DNA from: the human T2T-CHM13v2.0 reference genome, Homo sapiens
Assembly: GCF_009914755.1 (NCBI RefSeq)
Contig: NC_060927.1
DNA length: 64,000 nucleotides
Reading direction: 5' to 3' (one strand)
The notes below the pieces were generated by a model. The model made no database searches and had not been told where the DNA came from. It saw nothing but the letters and a program-made list of their open reading frames with translations. Within the stretch, counting starts at the first letter, position 1, and the number at the start of each line of letters is the position of its first letter. A program made the translations under genes and the position numbers. This document shows positions 55,472 through 64,000 of the stretch, one piece after another.

Positions 55472-56524
55472 AATTTATGTAGGAATATACATATATATAT
55501 ATATTTAATAAATATTTCTATCACCAGATTGCAAAACATACACAAAAATAGACACTAAGAAAATGAGAAAGATAAAATTAACAGTATTTTAAAATGTCTT
55601 ATAAATACTATGACTTCATTGCATTATTCACTAATATCTCAAGGCACAGAGATTTTTAGGGCACAGTTCCCAGCTACTAAAATGGGCATTAATTCAGACT
55701 TCAAGTTATCTTCTTGAGGTTTTCAAACATTTTTTTCTGATTTGTTATTATATCTGATTAGATGGCCATTATTTTTAATCTTGTGATATAGCTGAAGAAG
55801 AGCTTGTCCTAAAAGTAGAAATTTCATTTTGCCTTTTTACAGTTCTTTATTTATTATTGTATTTCTAGTACTCCCTTTCGTTGATATTTGATAAAAAGTT
55901 AATCCAGTAGTTTGTTTTTTAAGGGTTACTTTAATTACAACTTGATACAAATGTGTAAATTTATTTATCCAATGATGTAAACTCTAATGCATCACTGCAC
56001 ATTGAAAATGAACAATTAATAAAAACAAAGTGCTATTGGTGGTTAACCAACTGCACTACAGACCAATCTACCTTCCCAGGAACACTGTAAGTGCTATATG
56101 CATCAATAGCCTTGTGATGACACTGCTGTTACATCATATATTCATATTAGCAAACTTTAATTGCTTTCTCTTTTTGTTTTACATAAAAAATGGCAAATAG
56201 AAGTTCAACCATTTAGTTCCCTTATCTAATCATCTTGTGGTGGGGTATGAACACGCTGCTTTAGAGATCTCTGCCCCAAAATACCACCGGTTTAATTTTC
56301 TTGTGAATGAATTTGATAATACTTTCCTTCTGCTAGGAACGTGTAATGGCTTTTCGTCATCTAGAGAATAAAATCCGAACTCTTTAGCCTCTTAATGAAG
56401 GGCTTGCTTGATTTGGCTCTAGCCTGCCATTTCAATCTTATCCAATGCTCATCCTCATTTACTCTGTCTTCTGGGCAAACTAGACTGTGCGTTCCTCAAA
56501 AAAGCCTTTTACTTTTCTTTCTGT

Positions 56525-56890
56525 CATAAGTCAGGCTTCCAAAGGAAAAAATAAGACTTTGAGATGAAGGTTTGTCTACAAGAAGTTTCCTGGGATGTGC
56601 CATTGGAAACAATTCCGGTAAGGGAGTAGGAGAATCTCAACCAACTCCTCCCTCTGCCCATTTTCATGGGGAGCTTTGGGGCTCCTCTGATTATTCTGTA
56701 TTGAGAAAAGGAGGCCAGGCCTTTGAATACTGGCAGGAACCAGTCATTAAAATGTGAGCTGCCCTCAGGAAGGGTGAGCAGCACAGTATCTACTGAACAT
56801 TCTTTCTGCTGTGGGATCCCTTCTGTGACCAACAGTGTTTGTCCAGATCGTAGTTCTTTTAAGCCCATCTTAAATTTCCCTGGATTCATG
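56525..56890. mobile_element. Old ERVL-type LTR (LTR16-like)
   Basis: gtcaggcttcc..agactttgagatgaaggtttgtctacaagaagttt resembles LTR16-family end; weak. Confidence 0.4.
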
Positions 56891-57525
56891 AACTCGTTTC
56901 TAATTTACTAGCTGGAGGTAGACTTGTCTCTTCTTTTGAAGCCTAATATCATTTTGTAAAATTGTGTTCATTTGTTTATTCATCCCATTTTAAGTACTTA
57001 CTATGTGAGTTAATTACACATTAGTTACTTTAAGTATTCATTTGCTGAAAGGCGTCAAACAGTTTATATTCATTGGACAGCTTTATTACAGGCAAAGAAT
57101 ACAGTATGGCAACAGCAGAAGAAGGATATGCATTAAACTGAATTTAAAAATCTCAGACTCTGGCTTCTTTGTTCTCCCACTCCTGGGTCATGAAGAATAT
57201 CCTTTTGTCTCTAGGTCTTTAACCACCACTAGTGTATATGAAACATTTTGCTACAGGGAACTCAGTATCTGTCAGTAATCAGGTTCTCTTACAGTGAACT
57301 GATCACATAGATATATTCCAAGTACATGGCTAGCCTTGGTCATCAAGTTTCACCACACTCTGCTGAAACCAGATATTATTAAATTGCCTTATTTGTTAAA
57401 TTAGTATTACTAAGTCCATTTTTATATCCACTTATTATTACCATATATAGTTAATAAGCTAGGGTGGCCTGACTTCAAACAACCCACAGACCTATAAGTG
57501 CAAAACATTATTTGTCTAGTTAGTA

Positions 57526-57986
57526 CAGTTGATCTTCATTATTCCTGGTTTCTGTATTTGCAAACTTGTCTGTTCACTAAAATGTATTTGTAATCCTAAA
57601 ATCAACACTTACAGCACGTTTACCATCATTCCACAGACATGAGCAAAGCAGCAAAACTTTGTCACCCTATGAGCATCTTGCCAGCTGAAGTCAAACAAGG
57701 CATTGCTCTGCCTTCTTGTTTCTACTTTATGAACACAGATTGGAGATAGTAGAGGCCGTGCAGTGCAGTGCAAGATGCTTCATCTTTGGGATCAATTGGG
57801 GGGCATTTTAATCCCAACTCTAGCACCTGTTAGTGAGGTGGCCTCAGGCACTTAATGCTTTAGAACCTCAGTTTTTCTTTCATAAAATAAAACAGAATCT
57901 ACTAGTTGCAAGCATTAAGGATTATAACCTATAATCTATGTGAGATTTGTATATCTATGTATGTGGGTATATCTATGTACATGTGT

Positions 57987-58025
<39 letters not shown>

Positions 58026-58116
58026 TATGTCTTTAAAAACAAAAGGTCTGTGTTCCCTAATTTAGTGTTCATCATGACTATAGAACATAACTACCATGAA
58101 TAACAAGGATCCACTG
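57526..58116. mobile_element. MER82-like Tigger DNA transposon
   Basis: TIRs cagttgatcttcattattc / gaataacaaggatccactg, each flanked by TA. Confidence 0.8.
57989..58022. repeat. (AC)17 microsatellite
   Basis: Read directly. Confidence 0.97.
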
Positions 58117-58384
58117 TATATTGTATAGCATTGGTTAAGAGTCACCATCAAGCCAGGGAGCTCTAATGGTAACCATGCTGTCCAATCCAGACCAACTGAG
58201 ATTCAACCATGCTTGCACTATATAACAAATTTTCATATACATTTTATGAGGGACATAAAGATATTTTTTAAAACACATATGCAAAGTCTTGCCCCAGGTA
58301 AGAAATTTAGCAGGGAGGAGTTGAGTTCAACAAGAACAAATAAATGCAAACAAGAAAACAAAGCAAGGTAGAAATAAAAACGTA

Positions 58385-58386
<2 letters not shown>

Positions 58387-58417
<31 letters not shown>
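58387..58417. repeat. Poly(T)31 tract
   Basis: Read directly. Confidence 0.97.
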
Positions 58418-58421
<4 letters not shown>

Positions 58422-59809
58422 AAAGATATGTAAAAGGTACGTAAAGTTATAAGTCAGATATTTCCTGCTAGGCCCTGCTCCCACATTCATCATGTATTTA
58501 TTGGACACATGTCACATTTCATCTTGCATTAGAGTAATTTTTTTTAGATTACTTATTCCTTTACAATGTCATAAGCTACTTGGGAGTAATGAGTAGATTG
58601 TTCATGTCTTTCAATTCTCCTTAACATTCAGTGCAATAGCTTGCACATTGTAAATATCTAATGTTTGTTGAGTGAATGAAAGATTGGATGAATGTGGCCA
58701 CCCACTGTAGTTATCTAATGTTCTCCCTACTCCTTTTTCTGAGTTTCTCAGAAACAAACTAGTTGAGGGACCAGCTTTTGATGAATTAATGTAAGGGAGA
58801 AAATGTATTACCATTTATGATGCACTTTTAATTATTATTTATTTTTATTTTATTCTGTTAGTGGGACTATACATGCTTTAAGTCAAAAAGAGGAATAATG
58901 GGGAAATTTATGAGCTAGTATCCCCATTGACTTCGAAGTCAGACGAAGCTCGTCCTATGTGTGGATTGATAGGCTAATCTGTGGGTAATATCTGATTTGG
59001 TCTACTGAGTAAGATTTTCTGGCCTTCTTATTTTAATACATTCTGAAATATTTCAAACATACAAAAGAATACAGGGAATTCAAATACTAAAGTTTTGTCA
59101 AACTTGCTGTAGTTTGCTGCTGGCCTTTTAGGGCCTTACCACAGGTTATCCGTCTTAGGTGTCAATTAAATAATTGGCCCAATTAATTGATTAGTTGCTA
59201 GAATGAGCCTTATTCTCTTTCCTTTCTACTCAGAGATGACAGCTATCCTGTTACTATGTATTTATGTATTTGAGAATAATATATAATATTCTTTTACATA
59301 CTTTAAGCTTTAAATAGTATTTGCTGTACCTAATTTTCTGTGACTTGTTTTGCCAAAAATTTTGAGATTTATATATGTTGATATTTTGGGTTTAGGTCCT
59401 TTATTTTCACTAATGTATACAATTTGAATTTCTGAATACATCATAATTAATTTATCAATATCTATTGATGGACATTTAGGTTGTCATAGTTTGGGGTTTT
59501 TTTGGTTACTAATAAATAACCAAATTATTACACAAATCATTGTTTTAACATGATTTTGTGTAATGACGTAAGAGAAACCTATCACTACATTCAATAGAGT
59601 AAAACTGGTAAAATATGTATAAAAATATATAGCAAAATAAAATATTAACTTCCAATAAGAATAGGGTAGATCATTTTTTAATTTCTCTGTCCTATGAAAC
59701 TGTCAGAATATTTACTGAGACTTCGTCTTCTGAAGAAACATAAAATACTTTTACAGTTCAATTTTAAATACACTAGGATCAATTTCTTAAAAAGTGATCA
59801 TTGTGAATT

Positions 59810-60050
59810 GAGGGACTGTATTATGTGCGGTGATCATAAGGATGGCCTTTAAATCAGATAGCAACGGGCTCCTGGATCTGCTACTAATTAGCTAAGAGGC
59901 CCTGGCCAAGGTAAAAATTAACCTCTTCAAGTCTGAGTTCCTCATGAGTAAGAAGGGGATAACTGTTGAATCCACTTCATAGGGTTGTAAATGAGACATA
60001 AATGCATGAAAACTGAGGAATTTTTAATATACTAAGGAAGCATCAATAAA
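59810..60050. mobile_element. MIR relic
   Basis: ggatctgctactaattagct...aacctcttcaagtctgagttcctcatgagtaagaaggggataa...cttcatagggttgt. Confidence 0.6.
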
Positions 60051-62090
60051 TAGGGGGAAAATTGTCAACAAATTTGAGACTTTCTGTTTAGGCATATATT
60101 TTTTTAAATTTTAGTACTTTAAATAAGCCACATTTTTACATTTGATTTGGATGACTGCTATTATTATAGTAGCAACTTCTGAAAATTTTGGGGGGTCAAT
60201 ACTATAGTTCTCCAAACATACAACATGTAAAATGGGATATTTTTGTAAACTCAGGAGCTAAACATCATTCAAATTTGAAAATCCATCATGGCATGCAGAA
60301 TTCCAATCCTGTGCAATTTGCGTTAAAGTAGCACATCAGTGGGAAACAGGAGCTTCTTTATCCTTAACACAGGGATTTCTAAGTACAAAAAAAGGAGTGT
60401 TATTTTGTTAATAACAAAACAAGTATTTGATATCAGTTGTGCGAAGAAAAACTTTTGGAAATTGCTGTAGAGTACTTGAAAATTAGGTTGAATAAAACAT
60501 GATGATGGACTTTTAAGACCTCACCACAGGTTCTCTGAGTTAGGTGTCAAAACAGTGCATTTTTAACACCAAAAGGAACTTGCAAAGACTCATTCATGCT
60601 GTGGCCCACTATGATGCTGCAGAAGAGTAAGCATTATATACACTTTACAGAAATGGGTTTGTGTAGCTGAATCTTCGATAAATGCTAGAGTTCTGGAACA
60701 GGAATTGGATTGGTCTAAGCCTGTCTTTTGTATATTAATGTGCTTTCACAGCAAAGGTATGTGAATTAACACAGACTAAAGTATTTTCAAGGAAAGACAT
60801 TTATCTCCTTATAGCCTTCTGTGATGGATTGTTCAGAGCTAAAGACACACTAGGCCAGAACCAAATCTCCTGCTGCCCTATATAGTTTTTACAATCTCCT
60901 TTTAAGTAACACAAAGTCAGGGCAGTCTCACTGCCAGACCAACACTTCTTTAGCAATCTTCCCATAATATACAGGATAGAACCATCTCTAATACAAATCA
61001 ACACTTTATTTTCAAAGTAAGCACTTCAAAAGGTTGCTTGAACAAGAAAAGACACATTTTTTGAGCTGTGTGTTATTTGACAGTTAACATCACATTGCTC
61101 TGTGGATTACGTTGCACTGAATGTTATATTTTAGTCTGATGCAGTTTAAGTTGAACTGTGTAAACAGTGATAGATGTTTGATTAGTGTTAATATGCAAGA
61201 TGCTGTGATTAGGTATGATTATTTTTTTAATCACCACACTCTCTTTTTGTAATCTTCCTTTGATCTCTAACAGTGAGAAAAAAACTGTAATTTAAAATAT
61301 ATTGACTTTGAGTCATAAATTAATTTTTGCATTGCAAATTTATTGATATCTATAATATATAGCAAGATGGTAAAATAACTTGTCTGCAAAAAAAGATGTA
61401 AACTTCTATCCCTTTTACAAATTGTATCTAATGCCATTTTCTCTTTTAAATTCTTGAATCTTAATTTCAAATAGGAAACCTATAAGCAAAATTTTATGAA
61501 AACATTTGAGATACAGCAAGGAAGTGAGGTAGTTTCATCTGAATAATCATAGCTGAACTCATATGAATTTTCTTGTCCTCATATTATCTTGCTTTTTTTG
61601 ATAAGCATGGGATTGGGAGCCACCTTTTTGTTTGTTTTCCAATGCATACAATCATTCTTACAGAGTTTGTATCTGTTCTGCTAGTTTACTGCCAGTTTCT
61701 TAAAATATTTTCTGCTATTGGGTTTTAAAACTGAAACAGATTAATCTTCTATTGCTTGAAGTGATTGAAGACTATTAATAAAGTATAAATTTCACACCTA
61801 ACATTCAGTATTTTTAAATAATTTACTGTGACATGTTTCTAAAACTGTGTATTTTAATAAAGCCTGCTTCCATGTAAATGTATATAAAGTCAGCAGATGC
61901 ATTTCTCAATAATCTTATAATCAGTTAGTTTACTTGTCATCTCACTTCAATCGATGATTTTCATATGGTAACATTTAACTTACCTGATGCTAGTCATTAT
62001 TAATGTACTTCTGTAGATTGTAAAACATCTAGTTATCACACTGTCTATGTTAGCTTGTTCCAGCTCATGATTTATTTTCATTTTTTCTAG

Positions 62091-62410
62091 GATATAGACC
62101 TGCAGCTAACTGGATTTGATTTATAAGAGAGAAATCTGCAGTCAATGCCCACTCTTGCCACACTGCTAATATGGAAAACAGAATGTTCAATAGGATATGG
62201 TCTGATAAATAGTGATGATTGAAGATGCTGCTCCAATACATGTGAAATCAATGGGAGATATCTGCTGTCCGAAGATCTTTCAGAGCTTTTCTCGACAAGC
62301 TCCCCTGTAAGAAATCGGAGGTATATTCTACCATTATACAGTCTTTCTCAAGTGGATATAAATACGTTTGCCTCACTGTAACCAGACAACTAGACAACTA
62401 ATGTGGGACC
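62091..62410 (+). other. NLGN1: 5'UTR portion of the NLGN1 first coding exon (320 nt)
   Basis: Acceptor tttattttcattttttctag|G at 62090/62091; ends at gggaccATGG. Confidence 0.9.
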
Positions 62411-62903
62411 ATGGCACTGCCCAGATGCACGTGGCCAAATTATGTTTGGAGAGCAGTGATGGCATGCTTGGTACACCGGGGATTGGGTGCCCCATTGACT
62501 CTCTGTATGTTGGGATGTTTGCTTCAGGCTGGCCATGTGCTATCACAAAAATTGGATGATGTGGACCCACTGGTGGCTACCAACTTTGGAAAGATAAGAG
62601 GGATTAAGAAGGAACTCAATAATGAAATTTTGGGGCCTGTTATTCAATTTCTTGGGGTTCCATATGCAGCCCCACCAACAGGGGAACGTCGTTTTCAGCC
62701 TCCAGAACCACCATCTCCCTGGTCAGATATCAGAAATGCCACTCAATTTGCTCCTGTGTGTCCCCAGAATATCATTGATGGCAGATTGCCAGAAGTCATG
62801 CTTCCTGTGTGGTTTACTAATAACTTGGATGTGGTTTCATCATATGTGCAAGACCAGAGCGAAGACTGCCTATATTTAAATATATATGTCCCGACTGAGG
62901 ATG
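62411..62903 (+). CDS. NLGN1: Neuroligin-1, first coding exon (codons 1-164: signal peptide + N-terminal cholinesterase-like domain)
   Basis: [17 protein letters not shown]...SQKLDDVDP...[10 protein letters not shown]...[14 protein letters not shown]; strong Kozak; N109 sequon (NAT), C117/C153; phase-1 donor GATG|gtgagt. Confidence 0.99.
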
Positions 62904-63345
62904 GTGAGTTTATTGCAGGAAAAACAGGGAGATATATTTATATATTTTTTCTATTCTAAGTTCTAACAATATTAATTCATGTGTACTGGTAGTATGCATG
63001 GCTTTTCCTGTTGGCATGTAGACATATTTTACATGCGTGCATGGTGCTCTTTTTGTTTATGTGTGTCAGTGTATCTGTACTTATTTTTTTCCTGTGCTTA
63101 CTCATTTTCTTTCCTCCACAGCACGTATATTTAGGTAGAAATGGGTTTCTAATTTCCATTTCCTACCAAATGACTTCTGAGAAGATGCATCAACATTTCC
63201 TCATTGCATGTGCAGGCTCAACGAATTGGGGATCTTTCGCACTCAGTAAATGCAGGAGCGTATTGAGTTAGATAGTGGTGTTGCATGTTCCGGCGGTCTA
63301 TGATGGAGCGCCATGTTATTTTCTAGTCTTCTATTCATTTTTCAG

Positions 63346-63405
63346 TAAAAAGAATATCCAAGGAATGTGCCAGAAAGCCCGGCAAGAAAATATGTAGAAA
63401 AGGAG
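63346..63405 (+). CDS. NLGN1: Neuroligin-1 alternative splice site A insert (A1), 60-nt cassette exon
   Basis: ttcatttttcag|TAAAA...GGAG|gtatgt; phase 1-1; encodes VKRISKECARKPGKKICRKG, the known basic A1 insert. Confidence 0.95.
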
Positions 63406-64000
63406 GTATGTATAAAAGTGGAAATTAAAAATGGGGGAAAAAGCTTGCAGAGGAAGAACAAGATACTCTCCCTAAGGATGATTTGCTGATGCTGGGAAGT
63501 AAATGGTTAGGTGATGTTTGGAATCTGATGAAGGCTGTCAAGGAATATAAAGGTGTTTAAGGAGAGCTCTAGCTGAGTAGATTACATTGGCAAAGCTCAT
63601 TGGTTGTGCCTTGTGTTCTGGTGCTGGTAGCATCGGCAAGAGTTGAATCTTGGCTTTGAGTTTGTGTTTAGTGGAATATGTACTTAGGCTATTATGATAC
63701 CTGCAAGGAACCAAAACAATGCTGTCTTAGGAACTGGTAACTTTGATCTCTGAACTCTTTTCTACAGATATATATTTGTGTTCCTCTTAGAATTTGATCA
63801 CTCAATCACAAATCTAGTTGTTTTGTTTATTCTCAGCATTCCATCTGAACACTCTATGGACTTTCTCATCCTAAGGATAAATTTTCCATAATTATTGAGC
63901 AATTATTATTATTAAGGTAATAGTGTTTTTTTCTTAGTCTTTTCATTTTCAGTCACTTTTCCAGAGGAGAATGAGATTTTGCAGATTTGATACTAAATAT

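Noticed and set aside
62904-62959. C-terminal 18 codons of the 182-aa ORF ([18 protein letters not shown])
   Set aside because: Read-through past the consensus donor GATG|gtgagt into intron; no AATAAA nearby to support an intronic polyadenylated isoform

Overview
Primate (human-like) genomic DNA from the 5' half of the neuroligin-1 gene (NLGN1, + strand). Most of the window is AT-rich intron filled with Alu, L1, L2, MIR, MaLR/ERV LTR and DNA-transposon relics, including a complete LTR-internal-LTR THE1A element. A CpG-rich island at ~42.2-43.6 kb with a consensus donor (GAGG|GTAAGT, 42830/42831) looks like an internal promoter and non-coding first exon. The 813-nt first coding exon (62091-62903: 320-nt uORF-rich 5'UTR plus codons 1-164) and the 60-nt alternative splice-site-A1 exon (63346-63405) lie at the right end. 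All other ORFs in the track are repeat-derived or spurious. I see no new protein-coding system. The best leads are regulatory: back-splice ORFs (173 aa, plus a predicted 193-aa A1 form), an RBFOX motif cluster before exon A1, nine uAUGs, tandem E-boxes next to a perfect 64-bp duplication, several strong hairpins and a candidate 17-nt microexon. Repeat subfamily calls come from remembered consensus sequences, and boundaries of old repeats are approximate.
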